A stretch of 64,000 bases of DNA, from the NCBI GenBank assembly GCA_963823665.1, contig CAWGMQ010000003.1, positions 928,001 through 992,000 of the forward strand, written 5' to 3'. The DNA is from an uncultured Planctomycetota bacterium. Its GTDB lineage: Bacteria > Planctomycetota > Planctomycetia > Isosphaerales > Isosphaeraceae. Of the stretch, positions 53,728 to 63,469 are shown piece by piece. The notes under the pieces are model-generated. The model was not told where the DNA came from. It saw nothing but the letters and a program-made list of their open reading frames with translations, and searched no databases. How positions within the stretch are numbered: the stretch's first letter is position 1; each line of letters starts with the position of its first letter. Made by a program: the position numbers and the translations under genes.

Positions 53728-54426
53728 GGCGCGAGCCCCTCAAAAAGCGCGGTTCCGATGCGAACGAGCGTTGCGCCTTCCAGGATTGCAAGCTCGAAGT
53801 CGCCCGACATGCCCATGGAAAGCTCCGGAAGCGGCAAGCCCGTCTCGCGGGCGAGCAGGTTCTCGCGTTTCGCGCAGCCGGGCGAAGCAGCCGCTTGCGC
53901 ATTCGTCCGTGCCGTCCAGGGCAGCCATCGTCATCAATCCCACGACGGGGATCGACCGGCACCCGGCGATCCATTCGGAATCGTTGAGGATTTCGTCCGT
54001 GGTCCAGCCATGCTTGCTGGCTTCGCCCGACGTGTTGACCTGAAGGCAGACGGGAGGGGGCTCGACGCCACCCACGGCAGCCTCATTCAGAACTCTCAAC
54101 AGCTTGAGCGAATCGACCGCATGAATCATCTTCACCAGCGGCAGTGTTTTCTTGACCTTGTTGGTTTGCAAGTGTCCAATCAGGTGCCAGCGAATCGCGT
54201 CGCCGCGATCGGCCAGAACCTCGCTTTTCTTCCAAAGCTCCTGGGGGTAGTTTTCGCCGAGATCACAAACACCGCAGTCCAGCAGGGCCCTGATCCACTC
54301 CGGAGAGCTTCTCTTCGTGACCGCGACCAGGCGGACGTCCGCGGCGGGCCGCCCGGCCCGTTCGGCGGCCCGCGCGATGCGCGCCTGCACTTCCTCGAGA
54401 TTGTGGCGAATTCGCTCCTGGATCAT
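53724..54426 (-). CDS. yggS: PLP homeostasis protein YggS (frameshift ~53850)
   Basis: [42 protein letters not shown]; the shifted frame gives [23 protein letters not shown]. Confidence 0.93.
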
Positions 54427-54482
54427 CGTTCAAAAACTCCCTCGCTCGCGATCTACCCCATTCTGAAGGATATGACACGACA

Positions 54483-54686
54483 ATGAAACTGATCCTGCTC
54501 ATCCTCGGATTCACGGCCGCGCTACTAATCACCATCCAGCTCGTGCTGGGCCTGCTGATCCTGCAAGGCCAGGCATCCATGCGAACCGCCCATCAACACT
54601 CTGGATATTTGACCGTCGCCGTTACCTTGCTGTACATCACGTGGTCCCTCGCCGTGATCGCCACGACGCCCAAGCGCAAGCCGTGA
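54483..54686 (+). CDS. small two-helix membrane protein
   Basis: 67 aa with two hydrophobic helices around HQHSGYL; AAGGA upstream. Confidence 0.65.
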   Translation: MKLILLILGFTAALLITIQLVLGLLILQGQASMRTAHQHSGYLTVAVTLLYITWSLAVIATTPKRKP

Positions 54687-54725
54687 CAAGTGGCCCGACA
54701 ACGCTATAGCCATTGTCGCCCCAAC

Positions 54726-54771
54726 GCCCCAAAGGGGCGCAGGTCAATAGCCAGGGGCTTCCAGCCCCTGG
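54726..54771. repeat. REP-like double hairpin
   Basis: GCCCCAAAGGGGC and CCAGGGGCTTCCAGCCCCTGG; related hairpin at ~48652-48672. Confidence 0.55.
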
Positions 54772-54841
54772 AACCCTACCGTCGCCCGCACACCGCACCG
54801 TTTATTACGCCGGGTAAACCCTCGCCCCGATGATCTGCGGC

Positions 54842-56110
54842 TCACTCGACTTTGACGATCGGCGTCAGGTTTCCATCCGAGGTGAACAGCCCGATCAAGA
54901 ATCGCGCGCTCGTCCGGTATCCCAAAAACGCGCGTGGGGCGGGCGGGTCGAGGCTGCGGTAGACCACGTACGTCTCATGGGCTCCCCAGCTCACGCGCAC
55001 GGCGAAGGCCCGGTCGGGGGGTACGGCGTTGCCGCGCTGGGAGACGGTCAAGATGCGCCAGGACGCGCGGCGCCGGTTCCGCGCGGCGTCCCAGGAAACC
55101 AGGAGCGGCAGCCAGCAGCGGCGCCCCTCGGGCGCCTGGCCTAGAAGCAGGACGCCGTCCTGGGCGAGAAAGGCCCCGCGCTCCGTTTCGTAGGGCAGAC
55201 ACGGGAGCCCGATCGGCAGCACCTGCGCCGATTCGCGCCGCTTGGGTCCGTTCAGGCGAAACCCGCGGCACGCCGCCAGGTGCCCGGCATTGATCGACGG
55301 TGGACATGTGAGCCGGACGTTCAGGCTTGGGGCGAGTGCAGAGCGGGACTCGAAGAGAGCCGACAAGAGCGCCAGACGGCGGCCGCCCAGGAGCAGAATC
55401 GTCTGGGTTATCCGCGCCCGGCCCACGCGGTATGACCACTCCGCCATCTCGGCGCCCGAGACCGAGATCCGCGGCCCGGGTTTCGGCGGCGTGGTCGCGC
55501 CTGGCTCGCCCTCGATCGTCCACGAAGGCCCCAGCCAGGACCTGCCGGACCCGAAAAGCTCGAAGCGGCAGGACGGCCCTGACTCGCGGTGGTCGACGGC
55601 CACGAAGTCGCCGTTACCGCCAACCTGGTCGCGTAAGACCGACAACACGCGCCGGGAAGCGTCCCACGCGGGGGCTTCCGGGGTGAAATTCACGTCGCGC
55701 TGCCGAGATGCCTGCCAATCGCGCAGGTACCTGGCGGTCTCGGTGCCTTCGACGGCGTCAAGCCAGCGCCGCAGGGTCGTCTCAGGCGGGGCAAACGACG
55801 CACTGCCGTTGAAGTCGGCCGCCGGCGAGCCATCCGGTCGCGAGAACCGCAGCGTGGCGATGACCAACCTGGCAATGGATTCCTCCCAGTGCCCAGGCCA
55901 GCGCGGGCTCCTGCGCCTCGCCTCGCGAAGGGCCTCGAGACACACATGCCAATCCGATATCGGCAGCCGCGACAGCGACCCCCGCGAATCCAGCTCGCGA
56001 GCCAACCACCGTGAAAGGGGCTGCTCATTTTGGCGGCAGACCCACTGCTCGACCGAGCGATGGAAATTACCGAGAATCTGCGCACGGTTCCTCGAATCTT
56101 CGACCATCAC
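54842..56110 (-). CDS. conserved-looking hypothetical protein
   Basis: 422-aa ORF; AQVLPIGLP, SWRILTVSQ, VVYRSL..PAPRAFLG. Confidence 0.6.
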   Translation of the reverse strand: MMVEDSRNRAQILGNFHRSVEQWVCRQNEQPLSRWLARELDSRGSLSRLPISDWHVCLEALREARRRSPRWPGHWEESIARLVIATLRFSRPDGSPAADFNGSASFAPPETTLRRWLDAVEGTETARYLRDWQASRQRDVNFTPEAPAWDASRRVLSVLRDQVGGNGDFVAVDHRESGPSCRFELFGSGRSWLGPSWTIEGEPGATTPPKPGPRISVSGAEMAEWSYRVGRARITQTILLLGGRRLALLSALFESRSALAPSLNVRLTCPPSINAGHLAACRGFRLNGPKRRESAQVLPIGLPCLPYETERGAFLAQDGVLLLGQAPEGRRCWLPLLVSWDAARNRRRASWRILTVSQRGNAVPPDRAFAVRVSWGAHETYVVYRSLDPPAPRAFLGYRTSARFLIGLFTSDGNLTPIVKVE

Positions 56111-56449
56111 AGCACCTTCACGGGTCGACGGCCCATTGTCGGCTTATTGGGCGGAGCTGCACATATCCTAGACGATCCAAGCCGGGCCGCGCAGATTCCA
56201 GCGAATGGGAATCAACTGGATTCATCATCGGCGAAGGGCGCGTAAGACCTAAATTCTTTCAATACTTGTGGCGATCGATCGTGAAAGTCTCGCCGTCGGG
56301 ACGGCGGGTGTTTCGCCGGCTGCCTGCGTTCTGGCATTGAGTTTGCTTTTAGAGCTCACATCTGAGACGAAGCCAACAAAAGCAGGATCCACAATAGAAT
56401 ACTGGAGCCACGCTGAGCGAACACGATTGACTTTGCAAGATTCCACCCC

Positions 56450-56676
56450 AAAGGCGACAGCCGTTTCACAGACCCTGGAACGGCTCACCGCCACAGGGCG
56501 AGCGGGTAGCCTCGCACGACCCCCCGCTCGCCCTTTCTCAGCCAAAAGCCCGAGGTGTGAGAGGCACATCTTGAGCTTTCCCGACGAACCGGCCAGTCGG
56601 CCGGGTTCTGAACGACTAAGGGAGAGGTAGTCGTTCGGAGCCCGTTCTCTGGCCGGTTTTTTCATTTTATTTTTTT
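56450..56676 (+). ncRNA. candidate small RNA: four consecutive hairpins ending in an intrinsic terminator
   Basis: Stems at 56453-56492, 56495-56534, 56545-56579 and 56587-56658. G-U pairs only work on the + strand; U-tract follows. Both flanking genes are on the - strand. Confidence 0.6.
56587..56676 (+). terminator. rho-independent terminator
   Basis: AACCGGCCAG...CTGGCCGGTT stem followed by TTTTCATTTTATTTTTTT. Confidence 0.7.
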
Positions 56677-56677
56677 G

Positions 56678-58378
56678 TCATTGGCGATGCCGCAGTGCCC
56701 GGCCCGGCCGGGTAGCGGTCGGTTCGCCGTTTTCCAGCACCAGCCGGCCGTTTACAACCACGTGGACGATGCCCGTGCTGTATTGAAACGGCTCGAGGTA
56801 GGTGGCTCGATCGATCACGACCTTGGGGTCAAAGACGGTCACGTCGGCGATGCGGCCGCTGCGCAGAATGCCCCTGTCGTGAATGTGGGCCTTGGCGGCG
56901 CTCAGCGACGTCATTTTGCGGACGGCTTCTTCGAGGCGAAGCAGTTTTCGATTGCGTACGTATTCACCCAGAACACGCGGGAAAGTGCCGAAGCTCCTGG
57001 GATGAGGATGCCCGCGGCGCAGCGGCCCTTCGATCGCCAGCGCGTAGCCGTCCGAGCCGATCGAGCACCACGGCTGGGCGAGCGCGAGGTTCATGTCGCT
57101 CTCGGTGTGATGGGCGTAGATGGTGCCAATCGTGCCGTTTTCCTCGATCAAGAATTCGAACAGCACGTCGAGTGGATCCGGCACAGGGGTTCGGCCCTTG
57201 GTCTTGGCGGCGATGATCCGGTCCATCGTCTGGCCTTCGAACGCCTGGTTCGCCGGGCTCAACCGCGCGCTGATCTGCATACGCGACCAGTCGCCGCCCA
57301 CTGCCGTGTAATGGTTGTACCAGCCGGGGAGCCCCTCGCGGATATCACGCTTGAGCCGGTCGCGGAGTGAACGGTCTTTTAATCGCGCGACCAAAGCGGC
57401 AGCGCCCCCCTCGTGTGCCCAGGGAGGAATGATGCTGGCCAGGTCGTTGTTCCCCCGTGTGTAAGGATAAACGTTCGCCTGGACGTTAACGCCGTCGCGG
57501 CGGGCATCATTGATCAGCTCGATGATCTCCGGCATGCGTCCCCAGACCGACTGATCGGCGATCTTCAGGTGGATGATGTCGACCGGTACGTGGGCCTGGC
57601 GGCCGATCAAGATGGCCTCCTTCACGGCAGCGAAAACATCCGTCCCTTCGTTGCGGATGTGCGATGAATAGACCCCGCGATCGGCATTGACCACACGGCA
57701 AAGCTCGACCAGATCGTCGGTTGTGACCTCGAGTTCCCTCGGACTTGCAAGCATGGTCGAGAGCCCGATCGCACCATCGCGCATGGCCTCGTCAAGGAGG
57801 ATCTGCATCCGCGCGATCTCCTCGCGGCCGGGCCGGGCGAGCGAATCGCCCTGCACGCATTCGAGCAGTGTGCCCAGGCCGACGTAGCTGGCCACGTTGA
57901 CGGCAATTCCCTCCTTTTCGAGTGCCTGGAAATAGCCTCCCAGCGTCGACCAGGTACGGGTCGCACGCGCCCCCTTGAATGTCTTCGCCGAGCGTTCTCC
58001 TTTGGCCGGCCCGGCCGAAGTGTCCTCGCCCAGGATCTCGGTCGTGACTCCCTGGCGGACCTTGCTCGAAGCGCGTCCATCTTCGAGCAGAGTCATGTCG
58101 GAATGGGAATGCATGTCGATGAAGCCGGGGGCGACCACCAGCCCGCGTGCTTCGAGTGTTTTCCGCGCGGCGACGGCCGGCTCGACCGCACCGACCGTGA
58201 CGATCCGGTCGCCGCGAATGGCCACGTCGCCCGAGAACGAAGGCTGCCCCGTTCCGTCGACAATCGTGCCGCCGCGGATGATGAGGTCGAATGGATCTCC
58301 GGGTTGGCCCCGGGCAACGGTGGTCGTGCCGAAAGCGAGCGCTGCCACGAGCAACCATCTTCGAGCTGTGGTGGGCAT
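56678..58378 (-). CDS. N-acyl-D-amino-acid deacylase (amidohydrolase), secreted
   Basis: APGFIDMHSHSD, GVTTEILG, SHIRNE, HLK, GSDG, HPRSFGTFPRVL, ADVTVFDP. Confidence 0.93.
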   Translation of the reverse strand: MPTTARRWLLVAALAFGTTTVARGQPGDPFDLIIRGGTIVDGTGQPSFSGDVAIRGDRIVTVGAVEPAVAARKTLEARGLVVAPGFIDMHSHSDMTLLEDGRASSKVRQGVTTEILGEDTSAGPAKGERSAKTFKGARATRTWSTLGGYFQALEKEGIAVNVASYVGLGTLLECVQGDSLARPGREEIARMQILLDEAMRDGAIGLSTMLASPRELEVTTDDLVELCRVVNADRGVYSSHIRNEGTDVFAAVKEAILIGRQAHVPVDIIHLKIADQSVWGRMPEIIELINDARRDGVNVQANVYPYTRGNNDLASIIPPWAHEGGAAALVARLKDRSLRDRLKRDIREGLPGWYNHYTAVGGDWSRMQISARLSPANQAFEGQTMDRIIAAKTKGRTPVPDPLDVLFEFLIEENGTIGTIYAHHTESDMNLALAQPWCSIGSDGYALAIEGPLRRGHPHPRSFGTFPRVLGEYVRNRKLLRLEEAVRKMTSLSAAKAHIHDRGILRSGRIADVTVFDPKVVIDRATYLEPFQYSTGIVHVVVNGRLVLENGEPTATRPGRALRHRQ

Positions 58379-58666
58379 CTTTGAGTGACCTCGCGGCGCG
58401 GCCGGTGTTCCGGTCCAGTGATTGCGAGAGCATCGCGCAGTCCGTCTCGTTTTATCCGACGGATGCGCTCGCCGCCAGTTGGGCGCGAGCGACAGTGCTT
58501 GGTGCCCCGCCAGACAGCCAGTGCCATCGCCGGACGGAGCCCGCTCCTACAACGGTTCTCGGCGGCACGATTCGAATGTTGTCCCCCGGCGGCCGGTGCC
58601 TGTACAATGAGTTTTGTCCCGGTTCATCTCGATGGTGGAGATTGGCCGTGAAAAAGAAAAGGAGAT

Positions 58667-58945
58667 GTGCCCGTGGCCCTCGTCGATGAAATCCGGCAGG
58701 CGAAGAACGCTCAGCCCTTTCGGCCCTTCAGCCTGAGGCTGACCGATGGAACCACGTACAAAGTCAAGCATCCGGACTATCTTTCGGTTCCTCCCGTCCC
58801 TCGGCCGCGAGAAGTGATCTTCTATTCCCCTGGCGAGGATCAGGACTACCGTTCCCATTGGATACAAATCGGCTTGATCCTGGAATTGATCGTGCCGAGC
58901 GAAACGGATACCCCGCGTCCGCGCAGCGAGGGAAACGGGAGCTAA
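58667..58945 (+). CDS. small planctomycete-type hypothetical protein (PFRPFxLxLxDG family)
   Basis: QPFRPFSLRLTDGTTYKVKHPD; AAGGAG RBS. Confidence 0.7.
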   Translation: MPVALVDEIRQAKNAQPFRPFSLRLTDGTTYKVKHPDYLSVPPVPRPREVIFYSPGEDQDYRSHWIQIGLILELIVPSETDTPRPRSEGNGS

Positions 58946-58948
58946 TCC

Positions 58949-59881
58949 GTGACGATGGCAACCCGCGCATCGACCGAATTCCGCTACGAAAAACTCACCT
59001 GGCCCGAGATCAACGACGCGGTCGACCTGGGCAAGGTTTGTGTGCTACCGTGCAGCGCCGTGGAGCAACACGGGCCGCACCTGCCGCTCGATGTCGATGT
59101 GATCTGTCCAACCGAAATCGCTCGCGGCGCAGGGCGAGCCATCCCCGAGAAGATGCTCCTTCTGCCCACCTACTGCTACGGTTACACCGGCCACGTCATG
59201 GATTTCCCCGGTACGATCAACACCCATTTCGAGCATTTCATGGACGGAGTGCTCGACATCACCAAGAGCCTGGCTTATCACGGGTTCAAGAAGATCATCC
59301 TGCTCAACGGACACGGCTCGAACTGGCCCAACCTCGATCTGGTGGCGCGGCGAACCAACCTGGAGACTGACGCCGAATGCGTGCCGATCTGCTGGTGGGG
59401 CTTGCTGACCGTGGACAAGGAGTTCATGCCGAAGTGGCGGCAGAGCAAGTTTCCCGGCGGCTGCTCTCATGCCTGCGAGCTCGAGACCTCGCTCTACCTC
59501 TACCTCGACGGCGACAACGTGCGCAAAGACCTGATCAAGAGCGGGACGATCTCGTTCAACGAGGAAGAGAGCCCTTTTATGTGGGTCGACCTGCTCGGGG
59601 CAGGCCCTGCGAGCTTGATCTCCTGGACGAGCAGCTATTCCGAGACCGGCGTGCTGGGCGACGCCGAGCTGGCGACCGCCGAAAAGGGCCGCGTCGCATT
59701 TGAAGAATCGGTCAAGCAACTCGCGCGATTCATCACCTGGTTCAAGGATCGGCCCAAGGATGCGCCGAGACTTGCACCGCAAGCCGCCGACGATGCCAAT
59801 GCCCTGGGGCCAGCGGCCGATGGGATCGTGAGCGTCGCAATGCGTTCGGGCGCTACGGCCGAGAATTCGCAAAGAGGTTAG
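58949..59881 (+). CDS. creatininase/MftE-family amidohydrolase
   Basis: EQHGPHLPLDVD, FPGTI, LLNGHGSN, HACELETS, ATAEKG. Possible 3' indel near 59760. Confidence 0.92.
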   Translation: MTMATRASTEFRYEKLTWPEINDAVDLGKVCVLPCSAVEQHGPHLPLDVDVICPTEIARGAGRAIPEKMLLLPTYCYGYTGHVMDFPGTINTHFEHFMDGVLDITKSLAYHGFKKIILLNGHGSNWPNLDLVARRTNLETDAECVPICWWGLLTVDKEFMPKWRQSKFPGGCSHACELETSLYLYLDGDNVRKDLIKSGTISFNEEESPFMWVDLLGAGPASLISWTSSYSETGVLGDAELATAEKGRVAFEESVKQLARFITWFKDRPKDAPRLAPQAADDANALGPAADGIVSVAMRSGATAENSQRG

Positions 59882-60573
59882 CGAACGATGACGTCCCGCA
59901 AGAACTGCCTTCGGGTCTGGGACGCGGACTCGGTGGGATATTGCGCCACTTCAGGCCGCGAGCTCAGCCGGTATGGGCCGGACCCCATCACGAAGTGGTC
60001 ACGAACGCCCTGAGCATTGAACAGCGGCGACGATTCCCACAACAATCGCCCGGTCTTGGGGTCGTAGGCGAAGAGCGAAGCCTTGACGACGGCATCTTGC
60101 TGGTTGGTTTCGGAGAAGGTCAGCGAAGTTGAGCTTCCCGAGCTGCTCAAGGCGGCGCCTGTGGTCAAGGAGGGGGACACACTGAAACCCGGCAAGCCAA
60201 ACTTGCGATCGCGCTCATCCGTACCATAGGCGCCCAGCGCGGCTTCGATGATCACCTGGGCTTTGTCCTTGTTGTTCTCGAGCAAGAGCCCCTGCTCGGC
60301 CATCGTCCGGCGAATGGAAGAGGTGATCCAGTCCTTGTCAGGCGCCGTGATGTACTGGTTGTCGAGGAAGACTCTCTGCCCGGCCAGCGAGCTGAAATCG
60401 ACGTGCGAAAGGGCGTTGTCCCAGGTTCCCGTGAGCAGAAGCTGTTCCGTTCCCGTGCGCGCCGTTCCCGTCATCTTCACGCTGGTGCAACCCGGCACGA
60501 GCGCGACAACGAACAAGACGAGCCATATCGCCGAACGGGGGACCACATTCCGCTGCATGGTCAAACGCCACAT
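59878..60573 (-). CDS. DUF6655-like lipoprotein
   Basis: VPGC lipobox, TARTGTEQLLL, GAYGTD. Confidence 0.7.
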   Translation of the reverse strand: MWRLTMQRNVVPRSAIWLVLFVVALVPGCTSVKMTGTARTGTEQLLLTGTWDNALSHVDFSSLAGQRVFLDNQYITAPDKDWITSSIRRTMAEQGLLLENNKDKAQVIIEAALGAYGTDERDRKFGLPGFSVSPSLTTGAALSSSGSSTSLTFSETNQQDAVVKASLFAYDPKTGRLLWESSPLFNAQGVRDHFVMGSGPYRLSSRPEVAQYPTESASQTRRQFLRDVIVR

Positions 60574-60806
60574 GTGACCTGGCTACCGCGGGCGCCGGTG
60601 GCGATTCACATCGATCGGAACCGGCGAGAATTTGATATCACGATTCGAAGTGAAATGAGCCGGTGGTCGAGCTTTTCCCGCTCGGTCGGTCTGGGCCGAC
60701 ATTCCCGGCGGCGGGATGATAGCACGAGCGAGGAAGTGTGACAACGCCAACGCCGCGTTCATCTGGACAGTCGTTCATCCGTGCGGCTGGCAACGGATTC
60801 GAACAC

Positions 60807-62030
60807 TCACGCGGGGAGATCCACGTCGATTGCAGCGTCCCTCGAAGATTGAGGCGCGCCAGCGGGTACGGCGTCCGAACCCGGTTGTGCCGCGCTTTTC
60901 CCGAGACGTGCTTCGGTTACTACGTCGGGCAGTGTTTGGGTCGCGAGCCGAACCGGGATCGGTGCCGGCCCGGCACCCTCCTGGGGCTGGTTCATGGCCT
61001 CCATGGTCAACAAAGCGTCCATGGGAGCGATCACGAGGATCGTATCTCCGGGCTCGAGCATGATCTGGGGGTCGGGGTTGACGTTGACCCCCTGCGCACC
61101 TTGGTGCATGACGATGTTGATACGTTTGTCTGACTGAATCTCACCGACGGACAAGCCGACAAGGCGGCCGGTCGGGCAGATTGAGAGGTCAGTGAAATGG
61201 ACGTACTGGCCCGCGAGCTGAAAGCCCTGGTAAATCTTTCGGCCGGTTGCGGCGGCGATGAACGCCGGGGCCGCCACTTGCGAGGTGGAGATGGTCGGCA
61301 TCGAAAACGCGCCGGCGACCTTCGTCGCGAGCGTTTCGTCGAAGAGGCGGATGACGATCTTCGCGGTGGCGTTAATGTCGCGAGCGGTGATGGCGGCGTC
61401 GAGGTTGGTCAGGTCGTCGCTGGTGGTGATGATCACCGAGCGTGCCTTGCGCACCCCCGCTTGCTCGAGAACCGACGCCATGCGGGCATTGCCCTGGATG
61501 ACCGGAACTCCCTTGTCGAAGAGCTCGCCCAGGAGCGGTGAGCCGCTGGCCATCTCGATGGCGACGACGGTCTCGCGCATCTCGAGAAGCTGCTTGATAA
61601 CCTGATAACCGACCTTTCCAACCCCGATCACGACGAAATGGTTGCGGCAGAACGAGGCGAGCATGCGGTTCCACTCCGGAAGGTTTTGCTTGCGAGTGAA
61701 GATGAGGTAAGCCAGCCGCACCACCGAGTCGGCAATCGCACCCAGGCCGGCGATCGGCAGCAGGAAGAACAAGGGCTGGAGATACCACTCGTTTGGAAAC
61801 TCGAGTGACGACTCGAGGAAGATCAGCAGGAACACCGCGTGGCATGCACGGGCATAGCCCAGCCCACCATGGTTGTAATAATGGTCAAGGATCCAGCCTC
61901 CTCCCAGGACAAGCGCAGTGAACACGCCGAGGGACCAGCGGAATTCCCAGAGGAGATACCTCGCGAATCGGAGGTAGATCAAATACCGCACCGGAGCGCG
62001 GACGTGCGGGGCCAGCCGTCTGCGTCTCAT
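60807..62030 (-). CDS. potassium channel-like protein with TrkA-N/TrkA-C (RCK) domains
   Basis: N-terminal TM helices, NHFVVIGVGKVG, DDLTNLDAA, TrkA-C LEPGDTILV; ATGA overlap with the upstream gene. Confidence 0.85.
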   Translation of the reverse strand: MRRRRLAPHVRAPVRYLIYLRFARYLLWEFRWSLGVFTALVLGGGWILDHYYNHGGLGYARACHAVFLLIFLESSLEFPNEWYLQPLFFLLPIAGLGAIADSVVRLAYLIFTRKQNLPEWNRMLASFCRNHFVVIGVGKVGYQVIKQLLEMRETVVAIEMASGSPLLGELFDKGVPVIQGNARMASVLEQAGVRKARSVIITTSDDLTNLDAAITARDINATAKIVIRLFDETLATKVAGAFSMPTISTSQVAAPAFIAAATGRKIYQGFQLAGQYVHFTDLSICPTGRLVGLSVGEIQSDKRINIVMHQGAQGVNVNPDPQIMLEPGDTILVIAPMDALLTMEAMNQPQEGAGPAPIPVRLATQTLPDVVTEARLGKSAAQPGSDAVPAGAPQSSRDAAIDVDLPA

Positions 62031-63439
62031 TTGATTGAGCTCACGGCGCCACTTGTTTCCGCTTCGGAGATTACCTCGCCCAGGCTCCGATCGAGAATGG
62101 CCACCATTGTGTCGATGTGCTCGGCTGTCGAGACCAGCGGCGGGCCAAACGCAATCCAGTGCGGGTCGAACCGGCAGAGCAATCCGTGCTCGAGCGCGCG
62201 GCGGCCCACCTTGACGCCCAGGGCGGCCGCGTCCGCGAAGCGGGCTTTGGTCGCGCGGTCGCGTACCAGCTCGATCGCCTGGAACAAGCCCTTGCCGCGC
62301 ACGTCGCCAATCAAGGAGTGCTTCTGCGCGAGGCCGAGAAGACCTTGCCGCAGACGCTCGCCCTGAATTCGCGCGTTTGCCAGCAAGTCGCGCTCGATGA
62401 TCTCGCGAAGCACGGCGATCCCGGCGGCGCACGAGATGGGGTTGCCTTCGAACGTGTGCCCTTCCACGAAGCCCGGGTTCTCGGAGATGGGGCCCCAGAA
62501 CGCGTCGGCGATCCCTCGGCGGCAAATCATTGCCGAAAGAGGCGCATACCCGCCCGAGAGTCCCTTGGCGACGCAGAGAACGTCGGGCGTGACCCCGAAG
62601 GTCTCGGCCGCGAACATCCTGCCGGTGCGGCCGATCCCGGTGATGATCTCATCGAAGATCAAGAGGATGTTGTGGCGGTCGCAGATCTCGCGAAGGATCG
62701 GCAGGTATTCTTCGGGGGGGTCGATCACGCCTCCGGTGTGGCCGATCGGCTCGACCAGGATTGCCGCCACCGTCGCGGGATCTTCCATCTCGACGACGTC
62801 GCCCACGATCGTCGCGCAGGTGATTCCGCAATCGGGGTAAGACTTGCCGAAGGGGCAGCGGTAGCACGTCGGCGGAAAAACGTGGACGAAGCCGGGGGCC
62901 ATGGGCTCATTCACGGTCTTGCGCGACTTGAGTCCGGATGCCGAAAGGGCAGCGAGTGTCGAGCCGTGCCACGATTGATAGCGGCTCACGATCTTGTATT
63001 TGCCCGGCGAGCCGGTGAGCTTATGGTACTGGCGGGCAAGCTTGATCGCAGCCTCGATCACCTCCGCACCGCCGCATTCGAACTTGACGGTGGAGAGGTC
63101 TCCCGGGGCGAGCTCGGCCAGCAGGTTGGCAAGCTGCACGGCCTGCGGGTTGGTCCCGTGCATGGGGGGTGAAAACGCGAGCGAGTCAAGCTGCGTCCGG
63201 ATGGCCTCGATCACCCGGCGGTTATTGTGCCCGACCGAGACGACGTAGATCCCCGAGATGCCGTCGAGATAGCGATTGCCCTGGGTGTCCCAGTAAAAAA
63301 CGCCGTCGGCGCGGGCCATGACCAGCGGCTGCTTGGACCATTCCGCCATCTGATCGCGAACAAAGATCTGGCGGAGGAAGGCCTCATCGGAGGTCTGGGT
63401 TGGGTCGATCAGATCGGGGAGAACGTTCGTGTTCGGCAT
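62027..63439 (-). CDS. class III PLP-dependent aminotransferase
   Basis: YLDGISG, SWHGST, FDEIITGIGRTG, AKGLSGGY, GHTFEGNP. Confidence 0.95.
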   Translation of the reverse strand: MPNTNVLPDLIDPTQTSDEAFLRQIFVRDQMAEWSKQPLVMARADGVFYWDTQGNRYLDGISGIYVVSVGHNNRRVIEAIRTQLDSLAFSPPMHGTNPQAVQLANLLAELAPGDLSTVKFECGGAEVIEAAIKLARQYHKLTGSPGKYKIVSRYQSWHGSTLAALSASGLKSRKTVNEPMAPGFVHVFPPTCYRCPFGKSYPDCGITCATIVGDVVEMEDPATVAAILVEPIGHTGGVIDPPEEYLPILREICDRHNILLIFDEIITGIGRTGRMFAAETFGVTPDVLCVAKGLSGGYAPLSAMICRRGIADAFWGPISENPGFVEGHTFEGNPISCAAGIAVLREIIERDLLANARIQGERLRQGLLGLAQKHSLIGDVRGKGLFQAIELVRDRATKARFADAAALGVKVGRRALEHGLLCRFDPHWIAFGPPLVSTAEHIDTMVAILDRSLGEVISEAETSGAVSSIK

Positions 63440-63469
63440 GGTTGGCTCGGGTAGTTCGCGTGATGCAGC

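Noticed and set aside
56249..56665. ORFs 56249..56665 (-) and 56268..56630 (+) as proteins
   Set aside because: No RBS or motifs; the dense strand-specific hairpins explain the sequence better.
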